DNA of 61,781 nucleotides, counting the filler, from Squatina squatina (Eukaryota), in the NCBI GenBank assembly GCA_031763465.1. It is 3 parts of 3 records of this genome, joined end to end, with 100 filler letters (N's around TTAATTAATTAA, not from the genome) between each part and the next. Parts side by side here need not be neighbours in the genome. Positions count along the whole stretch, not along the records: positions 21,948 to 45,197 come from JARFOE010000073.1; positions 45,298 to 61,781 come from JARFOE010000194.1; 1 more part is not named here. One strand, written 5' to 3'. Made by a program: the position numbers and the translations under genes. Below are positions 39,536 to 50,780 of the stretch, one piece after another. The notes under the pieces were generated by a model. The model was given only the letters and a program-made list of their open reading frames with translations, was not told the DNA's origin and ran no database searches. How positions within the stretch are numbered: the stretch's first letter is position 1; every line of letters begins with the position of its first letter.

Positions 39536-40749
39536 GTAAGTAACGTAAAGAAATGTGGGGCCAGAAGAAAATGCAAGGGAACCTCCACTGCATGTAGCCA
39601 TTCTATCTGTGATTAAATTCAGTCTATCAGATTTGTGTTCAGCACTCGGCCTTTACTCAGTGGCCAGCAAGACTTGGCACCTGGCCTGCACTCAACACCT
39701 GGCAGTCTACAGTCAGCACCCAATCACCACTCAATACCCAACCAATGCTCAATATCCCAGTGTAGTATTTTCCAACTGATTTACTTTTTAAATCGCCTCC
39801 CTATGTGCAAAAATATAGCCTGCTCAGTTTAAATTAGGTTAAGAGAAATTTAATAGAGATGTTCAAAATCATGAAATGTTTTAATAAATAAGTAGAAACT
39901 GTTTCAAGTGGCAGAAGTGTAGGGAACCAGAGAACACAGATTTAAGTCACTTGGCAAAAGACCCAGAAGTGAGATGAGGAGAATTTTTTTACGCAGTGAG
40001 TNNNNNNNNNNNNNNNNNNNNNNNNNNNNNNNNNNNNNNNNNNNNNNNNNNNNNNNNNNNNNNNNNNNNNNNNNNNNNNNNNNNNNNNNNNNNNNNNNNN
40101 NCAGGCGATTTTAATCGTCTACCAACCTGGTTTCTGGCAGGTGGGCTGGTTGTTTAAATCGCCCCTCTAGTCTCTGTAAAAATTGATTATCATTTTAATT
40201 TTTTCATTAATAGTACATACCTTCATGTGAGGGAATGCAGTCTATTACTTTCTCTCTTTAGTTCCTGATTAGTTTTCCTCCCCTAAGCTACACACACCCG
40301 AGGATGGGTAAAAGGATGGTTTCAAGCCACTGTCAATGGGACTCAGGATGACATAAGTAACAAGCTAAATTGTGCAAAAATGGATACAGTACATCAACAT
40401 ATTTAGTGCCATTAGCAACTCGAATAAGATCCTCGCTGATACTTGGGCGCAGGGTCTCTACAGATTATGGCTTTTCAGTACATGAGAAACCTTGGCCTGT
40501 AGCTTCCTCGTAGACTCTCCTACCATTTGTGGGAAGATTGAGTGATGAAGAACCAGTAAAACAAGGGACAGGGAAAATGGAAGGGTAAATGGTCTGCAAC
40601 CCACTTGAAATAAAACCAAGAGATTGTTAGGAGGACATAAAGAATTATCTCAGAAAACAATAACCAACAATGAAACAGAACTTGAAAATTGCTAAGACAG
40701 CGAAAAACCATCTAAGAAAATGATGGAAATTGAAAAATAATTCAGAAAA

Positions 40750-41040
40750 CCTATGAATGCAGGTCTGTCACGCTGTGGTCTTTATATCAGGGAAACCAAA
40801 TGCAGTTTAGGAAATTGCTTTGTTGAATACATGCATTCTGTCTGCAAGCATGACTCTCAGCTTTCTATGACTCAATACTTTAATTCCGCCTTCCACTCCC
40901 ACTCTGACCTCCCCATCTTCGGCCTTCTACACAGTTACAGCCTGGCTCAGGAACAGGAACAGTATTTCATTTTCTCCTGGGCACTCCACAACTCTCTAGT
41001 CTCAAAACTGATTTTAGTAACTTCAGACCTTAGCTATGTT
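40750..41040 (+). mobile_element. Decayed Penelope-like GIY-YIG fragment
   Basis: Encodes SRCGLYIRETKCSLGNCFVEYMHSVCKHDSQLSMTQYFNSAFHSHSDLPIFGLLH, collinear with the copy at 35663-35921. Confidence 0.78.
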
Positions 41041-41889
41041 CTTCATTTTCTTGCATTTTAGATTTAATTACTGACCTGAGTATTATCCAGTGCATGTATG
41101 TCGATATTAAGTGAGGCTAGGATCAAGTTTATCTGTGATACTTCCTTGATGATTCAATAGCCTGCCAACACTACCTGTCTAGGTTCAGATATGAAGAAAA
41201 CCATATGGCTTTTCCCCCAAATTTCGCTTCTCCTTCTCTGAAAGCACTGCAGGGATAGATGCTATAATTGCTGGCTATCTTCTTGGACCTCACCCAAGTG
41301 GCTATGCTTCAAGTGTGAGCCTAGACAGTGAATGCTACTGGAATATTCAACGAAGGCATGATCATGGCCGAGTCCAAACCTGTCCTCACCTAATGCCTAC
41401 ACAAATGCACTTTCCAGCAGGAGTCACGAGATAACAATTAGCAGAAATAGAAACCCTAGTTGCTTTTTCACACCACTAACCAAGGACACTGAGCCCTGCT
41501 CCCCCACTCTCCTCCAGAGAATAGCTAGGTCAGCACAGATGAGCAATTGTACCTGGGTCATCAGGGGAAGCTGCTTCTGTGCCAAATATTAATATGTGAA
41601 CATCACCTCCTTAATAACCCACCCGAGCCCAATTTTACCAGTGATTTATTGATCAAAAACAAGTAAGAACCTAAGCTCCTCCGAACTGCAATCTAACACT
41701 CCATGCACTGAGTTGGCAACAAGTGCAACCTAACACTCCCGCTCACTTAATGTGGATTAGAAATAGCCTATTCTGGGAAAAACATATACATGACAAATAC
41801 GTTCAAATTTCATCTTGCAGTTCTCAACTCTTCAGTCTCCTGACTCAACTGCTCTTTTTAGAACTCATTCCTCTGTTTCCTCGTTTCAG

Positions 41890-42000
41890 AAATGTACAGT
41901 GTATTGGCCTGAGGATCAAGCCAATTACCAAGGAATCGAAGTCATTGTAAACAATGTTCTACATGCAGATGACTACAGTTTGAGAAACATCACCCTGAAG
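41890..42000 (+). CDS. PTPN5: PTPN5 catalytic-domain exon (KCxxYWP)
   Basis: Acceptor tttcag and donor gtgaga. Encodes KCTVYWPEDQANYQGIEVIVNNVLHADDYSLRNITLK. Confidence 0.92.
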
Positions 42001-42484
42001 GTGAGATATCTGCTATATCTCTTAATCTCTGGCTTCATTATTGGGTCAACAGTTTTGGTGAAAAGCAATTTTTATTAATCCTAACAAGGCTATTATCTTC
42101 TATTTCTTTGACTCCTAAAAAATAACTGTTTTCCATCCATCCCTATATTTTCATTGTTTGACCGCTACCATTGCACCATGCAACAAAGATGATTATATGT
42201 ATCAAGGATATAAAAATTTAAGTAATAAAGATAGGTTAACAAAGTTGGGCTTATTTTCTTTGGAAAAGAAATAGCAAAGTGAAATGAATCAGCAAAATTA
42301 ATTTGACAGCATGCTCACTATGGTGAAGAGTTTGAATACCAGGAGACATACACTAAAAAAAATAAAAGTAAGAAGGAATTCAGGTGGAAACTTTTCAAAG
42401 CATAGTTGGGTAGTGGAAGAAGTTACGAGGGAAATTCATTTACTATCACTATAAATTGAGACAAATAGATGCATTTCAGAGAAT

Positions 42485-42814
42485 GTTAGAATAATAGCAC
42501 AGAAGCAGCCCATTCGGCTCATCGAGTTTGCGCCAGCTCTTTCAAAGAGTAATCCAGTTAGCACCACTCCCCAGCTCTTTCACCATACCCCTGGAATTTT
42601 TTTCTCATTCAAGTATTTATCTGAAAGCTACCTTTGAATCTTTGATGCTATCAGGCAGTGCATTCCAAATCCTAACCACTCGTTAAAAAGTTTTTCATGT
42701 TGCCTCGAGTTCTTTCGCCAATCACCTTAAATCTGATCCCTCATCAACCCTTCAGCCACTGGAAAGTTTCTCTTTATTTGTTCTATCTAAACTCTTCATG
42801 ATTTGAAACATCTC
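42485..42814 (-). mobile_element. CR1 LINE 3' end
   Basis: Minus strand encodes EMFQIMKSLDRTNKEKL; plus strand shows the family tail cagcccattcggctcatcgag. Confidence 0.7.
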
Positions 42815-43728
42815 NNNNNNNNNNNNNNNNNNNNNNNNNNNNNNNNNNNNNNNNNNNNNNNNNNNNNNNNNNNNNNNNNNNNNNNNNNNNNNNNNNNNNN
42901 NNNNNNNNNNNNNNGTGCTCCCAAACCTGCTCGCGTAGCACCCTCGAACCCACCCCAAAAAGAAGTGGAGCGCGTGACATTGTGCTCCACTTCCTGTGAG
43001 GAGTGGTAACTGAAATTTCGTGGCCGGGTCGGGACTTCCGCACCGGGCACAGGAAGTCCTGCCCGACTCGGTTACTGTCCCCAAATGAGGCGCCGGGGAA
43101 TTTCACCCCCTTATTTTCCAAGGATTACGTGACATCTTTTTTCTTCCGACCTAGATGTATCACCTCACACTTATCTATATTTCTAAATAAAATTCTGACT
43201 TAAAGTTCTTTCTACACACTCTTCATGGGCAAAGGTATGAAATGGAATGTTCTCTGTAAAATGAGTATAACTTGTAATGTTTTTCAAAGCTTAACAGGGA
43301 GTGAAATTGAATACAGCAGGCTTTTCTACAGATAGCAAATAAATAGACTGTTGCATCAGGCAAGGGTGCAGATTTTTATACTGACCATTAAAGGCCAAAA
43401 ACGTAAGAAAAGGTTAAACTAACTTGTATTGTTCCTTCTTGACCAAGTGTTTCTGTAAGAGTACTGATTGTTCTCAAAGAGGTCCTGCTTATATAACATA
43501 TCTAAATAGAGGACTTTTACTCCGAACACCCACTTCTCACTTGAATGATAGTACAGTACAATCCTTCCAGGATTTCCATCCATTAAATGATCCTTTTTTG
43601 AACACATGACAAAATAAACAAACAATGGCAACATTTCAATGATCAAATGTAGATTCATGTCCCAGGGTGTCTGGATCCGCTAAGCTACCCTGCACACCAG
43701 CTTTTACTCTACATGTTTCTGGTTTTAG

Positions 43729-43892
43729 GATGGCTCCGAGGAACGCCATTTAAAGCACTACTGGTACACATCATGGCCAGATCAGAAAACGCCAGATAAT
43801 GCTCGCCCGCTTTTACAGCTGGTCCAGGAGGTGGAAGAAGCCAGACAGCAAGCAAAGAAGGACAACAGTGGACCAGTGATAGTCCACTGTAG
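43729..43892 (+). CDS. PTPN5: PTPN5 catalytic-domain exon (WPD loop through HC)
   Basis: Acceptor gttttag and donor gtacga. Encodes DGSEERHLKHYWYTSWPDQKTPDNARPLLQLVQEVEEARQQAKKDNSGPVIVHC(S). Not in the ORF track. Confidence 0.93.
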
Positions 43893-44318
43893 GTACGACA
43901 AAGACAAATTTGTATGACAATTTCAGGGCTCAAAGCTCATTTAACTGTTCCCAACTCAAACTCATTCTTTCCTGTGATCTCAAAACTATGAAACACTTTA
44001 CCTCCATCACCTTCCCTTCTGCAATCGACAGCATTTAAACAGCCAAGTGTGAGGACATTTAATCACTACTTCCTGATTTGCCTCATGTCCTTTTTCTCAT
44101 GATGATGCTTTGCACTGCAGCCCTTCACCTAGCTTTCTTTATCTGATAAAAAACTTCAAGAAAGGTTTGCTCAGTTGGGCACCTGGAGAAGTGGAGATTC
44201 TCATTCAAGTTCTTGGTTTTTATCTCACTCAAGTCGTTTTAATTGTGCAAGGTCTGCAGTTCCTTCAGTTTCTGTGGAATACAACTGTTTACTTGGTTTT
44301 CTTGCTGTTGCATTGCAG

Positions 44319-44432
44319 TGCCGGCATTGGGAGAACAGGCTGTTTCATTGCCACCAGCATCTGTTACAGGGAGCTGAAGTATGCCGGCGTGGTTGATATA
44401 CTGAGAACGACCTGTCAGCTAAGGATGGACAG
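44319..44432 (+). CDS. PTPN5: PTPN5 catalytic-domain exon (PTP-loop SAGIGRTG)
   Basis: Acceptor ttgcag and donor gtcagt. Encodes (S)AGIGRTGCFIATSICYRELKYAGVVDILRTTCQLRMD(R). Confidence 0.93.
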
Positions 44433-45197
44433 GTCAGTGTGATAACTGGCAGGAAACAGAGTGGCTTTGAATGAAATTTGATACAAAATGGAACACTGAA
44501 GGAAGTTTGCAATAATGATGTAGCAGCAGTAAAGCAAACATCTTCCGTAAACACTAATGGTGTGCTCCACATTAATTCTAGTTGAAATACATACTCATTG
44601 TATTTACATTTGCCCTGCGAGAATCATATTCTGCATATGTTGAGACTGCGACATCCTGGGAATTTTAGGCACAAACACAGTTAATAACTACCCATCAGTG
44701 TGTAAAATTTCCCACCATACATCAATATAATTCTTTTAGTGCGAAGGGAACTATGCCTTTCCTCATGATGCAACAGGATTTCTAATTACTTTATTATTCC
44801 AAATGATTTGAAAACCAGCTGGAGAATAAACTTTTATAGCTTTTCTCTATTAACAAGTAGTTCATTTGTCACAGACATCCTAGTTTAGAGACATACACTG
44901 GGCTGAATTTTTACTTTGAAGAGTGTGCGGGTTTGTGAGCGGGTGGGCAGATAAAAGCGCGGAAATTAACATGCGTTGGGAAGCCGACTTCAACCTGTTG
45001 GGTTCCACCTTTAACTTGGGCGTGTTAGTCAGCGGGTGAGAGACCCCCTTGGGGAGAAATAGGTGAGCTAATTAAAGCTTGTAAAGAGGCTATTAATCTA
45101 ATTTTTTTTACCTGATGTTGCAGCTTTTACTGGCTGTCCACAGATTTCCTGGGCTTGCTGAACCTCACCAATGAAAGCAAGGCGAGAGCATAATGTC

Positions 45198-45297
45198 NNN
45201 NNNNNNNNNNNNNNNNNNNNNNNNNNNNNNNNNNNNNNNNNTTAATTAATTAANNNNNNNNNNNNNNNNNNNNNNNNNNNNNNNNNNNNNNNNNNNN
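45198..45297. other. Artificial scaffold-joining linker (N44-TTAATTAATTAA-N44)
   Basis: Same six-frame-stop 12-mer, at 45242-45253. Confidence 0.95.
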
Positions 45298-45570
45298 AAT
45301 AACTGAATTTATAAAGTTCTAGCATAATCTATTTGCCTTTACATTCTATTCCTTTATTTAAAAATTCCAGTAACCCATTTGCTTTTTTAGCCACCTGATC
45401 AGCTTGCTGTACCATCGTTAAGGATTCATGTATATGGACACCAAGGTCTCTCTTTCCTGTGCCCCAATCTCCTGACTGCCCACAAGATGGATAGTACTGT
45501 AACATTTGTCTAACAATGCTACGTTACTCCTCCAACATTTTATATTCTCAATGTCTGCAAAAAGTTACCT

Positions 45571-46466
45571 TCACTCATCTACAGTGTCCTCCAGTTTGGC
45601 AGGTGCTGCTGAATCGCTTGCAGAGCTCTTTGTGCTAGGAGAAGTGGAAAGGCTTCTTGTTTCAGGATTATCCATGGTAACTTGTGTGTCTTTCCCCTTT
45701 GAACTAGCTGGAGAGTTTCTGGGATCACCTTCTGGTCTTTTTGTTTTGGAGTCTTTAGACTTGTTCTTGGCTTTCTTCTCTCGCTTTGCTTTCTTTTTGC
45801 TTCTTTTGTCCTTATTTTCTGACTCTCTCTTACTTTTCTTGTTCCACCCGTGATGAGGACTTCTACTTCTGGATCGTGGTTTACTTTTACTTCTGCTCCG
45901 TGACCTCTCGGTCCCCAAGCCCTTGCTGTCGGACCGGTCTCGGCTTCTCCCTTTACTTCCACTCCTAGATCTAGATTTACTTCTGCTCAGTGACCGCTCT
46001 TCACTTCTACTCCTTGACCTATATCTGCTTCGATCTCGGCTTTTCGACCTCCTTCGATCTTGACTTCTACTCCGGGACCTCTGTGATCTGCGAGTTTCTC
46101 TGCTTCTGCTTCTGCGATATCTCTCTCTGCTTCGTGATCGTTTTCTGTCCTGACTCCTGCTCCTGGACCTCTGTAACCGCCTCCTATCTCTGCTCCTGCT
46201 TCTCTTTCTTTTCCTTTCGGACTCTCCAGATCTTCTCTGCGTTTTGTCTGGACTACAGCTATACCGCCTCCGAGATCGACTATAGTAATCGTACCGATAG
46301 CTTGTTCTTTCTCTTCTCTCAAAGTATTTATTAGAATAGGATTTTGTTCTGTCCGGTGACATGTAAAGATCTCTATCAGCCTCCCAGAACTCGCTGTTAG
46401 GATTCCTGAACACGTGAAGGAAATTGCAGTGTTTCCCCCTGGGGCATTTGCGTCTTTCGTAAAGTC
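45571..46466 (-). CDS. ZRSR2: ZRSR2 last coding exon: end of the second CCCH zinc finger plus the RS domain
   Basis: Acceptor ttaacag. Encodes GLYERRKCPRGKHCNFLHVFRNPNSEFWEADRDLYMSPDR, then a long RS-rich and Lys-rich tail to TGA at 45571-45573. Confidence 0.93.
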
Positions 46467-46777
46467 CTGTTAAGAGAATTACAAATGTAACTGGTTCTTG
46501 ATAACATGCCATTCAACTAGCAATAATGACCTAGCGTAGGCTTGTGAAACTGAAACTTTAGAACTTAGTAGAAACTAGTGGCCATTAACTCAGCCAGCCA
46601 GATGGATTGGCAGACTTTATGAAGCAAAATTAGCTCAATATACTGTATAGCAGAGACGAGATAGCCAAGTGTAACATTTTCATTCAGATGTGGCTGGCCA
46701 TTACAGATTAACTAAACCAATAAAATATATGTAGATATATATTGGATTTACAAAATGAAAATACATTGATAACAAAC

Positions 46778-46887
46778 CACATATTGCTGTCTTCCATCGA
46801 GTCACAGGTGAAAATTCACATTGCAACTGTTTCCCAGCGTACCAACGTCCATTGAACAGTGCAAAGGCCTGCTGGCATTCCTCCTCT
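46778..46887 (-). CDS. ZRSR2: ZRSR2 penultimate exon (end of the UHM, 110 nt)
   Basis: Acceptor atgcag and donor gtttgt. Encodes [36 protein letters not shown] and joins the last exon in phase 1. Not in the ORF track. Confidence 0.93.
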
Positions 46888-48091
46888 CTGCATCAAACCA
46901 CAACAATCAGGTGTTAGCCCAATAGAGTGACCACAGATACATTTTCATTTGCTAACAGATCTACAGATACGTTACTGCAGAGAGTGATAGAGTATGGGGT
47001 TTCATTGCAAGCCATAAGGTCATGGGTTCAAGCCTACGCTGACACTCCCAGTGCAGTAATGAGGGAGTGCTGNNNNNNNNNNNNNNNNNNNNNNNNNNNN
47101 NNNNNNNNNNNNNNNNNNNNNNNNNNNNNNNNNNNNNNNNNNNNNNNNNNNNNNNNNNNNNNNNNNNNNNNNTATTGTTGTCCCAAAAATGTGAAAATCA
47201 GGGCCCCTCCCCCCCCCGCCCAAACCACCATTAGTGACATCAAATTGTTTCCTTGCCATTTAAACTAAAATACGGTCTTAATTCAAAATTCCAATTCAAA
47301 ATACCTAATAATTTTTTTTTTTAAAAACAGAAGAAATTACTTAAAAATCAAAAGTAGATGGTGGTGTTAGAAATGAAACAATTCATACAGGTCTGAGAGA
47401 TCCAATTGTGACGCTGATGGCTACTCACTAATGGGAATAAAAATAATTGCACAAACCACTATGTGTTTCAGCTCTCAGAATTCTTCCCACTACAATAGGT
47501 AGTATTTGCTGTTCTCAAGATTAAAATTGTAATATGATGTATTACAGATAACCATGATACTCAAGACTAAAATCTTTGGAGTCAGATAAGCCAGTGCATT
47601 GAACACTGGCCTTTTACTGCTCTCAACGACATTCAAATTCAGTGCAGACTGGTGGGAAGTAGTCTCTGTTTGCTGCCTAGACAGTTGCAATCTAGTGTCT
47701 GCAGACTCATGGTACAATACTGCTCCTAAATTGGTAAGCTCACTCAGATAGGACCCAAGATGGGTGGAGAGAGATGAAAACCTCCCACACTGGTACTTCT
47801 GGGGCTTTTGGAGGTTTATTCTGCTCCTAAATGTGTTGTACCTAACCTGGGAGCACTTGATGCTGACTTTAGAGGCCTGAAATGGAAAGTATTTCATTCT
47901 TAGGACTCGGCTTGATAAATAAACCAACAAAAAGATATTCAGTCTTTTTGCATTTAGCTCCATTATGCTTTTCCACCAAGTTCTCCAATCAACTCCCCCA
48001 CTTCAAGCATAAATGCAGAACTTTCAAAATATTGTTATGCTTTTTAAAGAGGATATATGTTGTGAATTTATCCTCCTAGAGCTGGAATCAC

Positions 48092-48169
48092 CTCTCGTTC
48101 TCTCTGCTCCTGTCGTTTGTGTTCTACTTCTTACTTCTACTGCTGTTCCCATTCTTCTCGGATTTTCCT
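48092..48169 (-). pseudogene. ZRSR2: ZRSR2 coiled-coil exon (exon-5-like) carrying two in-frame stop codons
   Basis: Acceptor gtcccag and donor gtgatt; 78 nt. Translates RKIREEWEQQ*K*EVEHKRQEQRERE; compare human RKLKEQWEEQQRKEREEEEQKRQEKKEKE. Confidence 0.6.
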
Positions 48170-49634
48170 CTGGGACACAAAAGAAACAGCACATACCAAT
48201 CAAAGTTCATTGCACAAACTGAGGTCAACATCCAAAGGACCTTTATTTAAGGTTAATCTCACTTTTCAGTTTGAAGCTCTGAATCTAAATTATAGAGTTT
48301 TTGAATTTGACTAGAGGATGTTCCAAACAATATTTTGGTGTGCTTTAATAGAAACAACTTCTGGAATATTTCACACTATGATGAAAATGATATTAGTATT
48401 AATAGTTTTCAATTCAAACCANNNNNNNNNNNNNNNNNNNNNNNNNNNNNNNNNNNNNNNNNNNNNNNNNNNNNNNNNNNNNNNNNNNNNNNNNNNNNNN
48501 NNNNNNNNNNNNNNNNNNNNNNNNNNNNNNNNNNNNNNNNNNNNNNNNNNNNNNNNNNNNNNNNNNNNNNNNNNNNNNNNNNNNNNNNNNNNNNNNNNNN
48601 NNNNNNNNNNNNNNNNNNNNNNNNNNNNNNNNNNNNNNNNNNNNNNNNNNNNNNNNNNNNNNNNNNNNNNNNNNNNNNNNNNNNNNNNNNNNNNNNNNNN
48701 NNNNNNNNNNNNNNNNNNNNNNNNNNNNNNNNNNNNNNNNNNNNNNNNNNNNNNNNNNNNNNNNNNNNNNNNNNNNNNNNNNNNNNNNNNNNNNNNNNNN
48801 NNNNNNNNNNNNNNNNNNNNNNNNNNNNNNNNNNNNNNNNNNNNNNNNNNNNNNNNNNNNNNNNNNNNNNNNNNNNNNNNNNNNNNNNNNNNNNNNNNNN
48901 NNNNNNNNNNNNNNNNNNNNNNNNNNNNNNNNNNNNNNNNNNNNNNNNNNNNNNNNNNNNNNNNNNNNNNNNNNNNNNNNNNNNNNNNNNNNNNNNNNNN
49001 NNNNNNNNNNNNNNNNNNNNNNNNNNNNNNNNNNNNNNNNNNNNNNNNNNNNNNNNNNNNNNNNNNNNNNNNNNNNNNNNNNNNNNNNNNNNNNNNNNNN
49101 NNNNNNNNNNNNNNNNNNNNNNNNNNNNNNNNNNNNNNNNNNNNNNNNNNNNNNNNNNNNNNNNNNNNNNNNNNNNNNNNNNNNNNNNNNNNNNNNNNNN
49201 NNNNNNNNNNNNNNNNNNNNNNNNNNNNNNNNNNNNNNNNNNNNNNNNNNNNNNNNNNNNNNNNNNNNNNNNNNNNNNNNNNNNNNNNNNNNNNNNNNNN
49301 NNNNNNNNNNNNNNNNNNNNNNNNNNNNNNNNNNNNNNNNNNNNNNNNNNNNNNNNNNNNNNNNNNNNNNNNAGTGGATGAAGTGAAGTTTGTTCATTTT
49401 AGCTAAATTGACTATTAATTACAACACTTGCATCTGTCAACCAAATGATATTTCAGTTGCTAACTGCACATCCTCTTTTAGCGATACATCAAGGCTCACC
49501 AGCTCTTCTAATTAGCTAGAAAGAGCAATCTAGGAGTAAACGCAGTGCCATTCTCTATAACCCACTGCTGTGCCACAAAACTAATGTGCGATTAAAGGAA
49601 CATAAGAATACGAACTAGATTCCGNNNNNNNNNN

Positions 49635-49747
49635 CCTCCTCCTCCTCTTCCTGCTTTTTCCGTGCTGCTTCTTCCTTTTCCTTTTTCAGCTGGAACTCTG
49701 TCTGTGCCTGCTGCTCTTTTTCCAACCATTCTGTATGCAAGCGCTGC
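49635..49747 (-). CDS. ZRSR2: ZRSR2 N-terminal coiled-coil exon (exon-4-like); 3' end runs into a gap
   Basis: Acceptor ctctttttag. Encodes RQRLHTEWLEKEQQAQTEFQLKKEKEEAARKKQEEEEE; compare human RQRLHEEWLLREQKAQEEFRIKKEKEEAAKKRQEEQE. Confidence 0.88.
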
Positions 49748-50780
49748 CTAAAAAGAGAGACAGAGTTACTATAACACTTCACTACAGGAATTGACATGTT
49801 TCACAAAGACTCGAGCAACAGTGCTTTCCTGGGATCTGGAAATACAGCTAACACCACACATTCTGCTGTACGACTGATTTCAGTTTTGGTACATTTCACT
49901 ATTTCATTCAATGTATATTTTAGCAGCATGAAAAAGAAAATGCTTTTATATATGCAAGTATAATGTAGTATTCCTGCAGTAATAGGTAATGAAGAGAGGC
50001 AGAGAAAGAAAAAGATGTTGATGGACAAGAGAGAATTAGACATTAAAAACTGATGCAAGGCACTTTTTCTTGGCATTTATGAAGCCCAACAATGTGTCAG
50101 CAGAAATGAAGTCAAGCAGTTTCCAATGTAATCTTGGTCTATTTCAAAGCAGAGTTGTACACAGTTACATCTCTTTGCACAGACAGCAATATAAAACCAG
50201 GGCTCCTTAACAGCTCCAGAAGAGAGATGCTGAATATGCATCCAGTTTTGGTCCCTGTATGGCCAAAGGTCACTGGCACATTTGAAATAAAAAAGGCTTA
50301 CAGTCATATTACAACCTCAGGACGTCCAATAAGGCTTTACAATAAATTACTTTTGATTTTTCAGATTTGAATTCTGGGTTTCTGAAGCTTACTGATTTCC
50401 TACTTGTAAAATGCTGAGCAGTCATTTGGTTAAAGCTAGTCTAGAAATAAGTTGCTGGTCTTTTGATAATATGGACAATTTTTCAGTACACGTCTGCATT
50501 ATTGTATAATATGTTTGCACTTTATTGTAGAGTTTGTGCGATATTTTTCATTTGTGTTATCTAGGCTGCATTGACTTCATTGGGGATACCTTTCCTCTAA
50601 CTGCTAGATGCTGGAACACATTGATGCAATTTGCATTGAACCAAGTCTTTAAAATATCATTAGCTTGTGGGTGCACGTCACTGTAATGTGCAGCAGTTCT
50701 CTTTCCCCAGTGATCAAGACAGTGTCTCACTCAACATGACTAAATCATAACGGTGCATAGTCATCCAATGCTTGGGAGCT

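Noticed and set aside
47847-47876. 30-nt minus-strand segment with AG/GT ends (ASKVSIKCSQ) inside ZRSR2
   Set aside because: It does not resemble the expected next ZRSR2 exon and has only a moderate donor; unsupported without RNA data.
48318-49406. Long ORFs of 327-362 aa
   Set aside because: They consist almost entirely of X from the N gap; the same applies to the many other gap-spanning ORFs.
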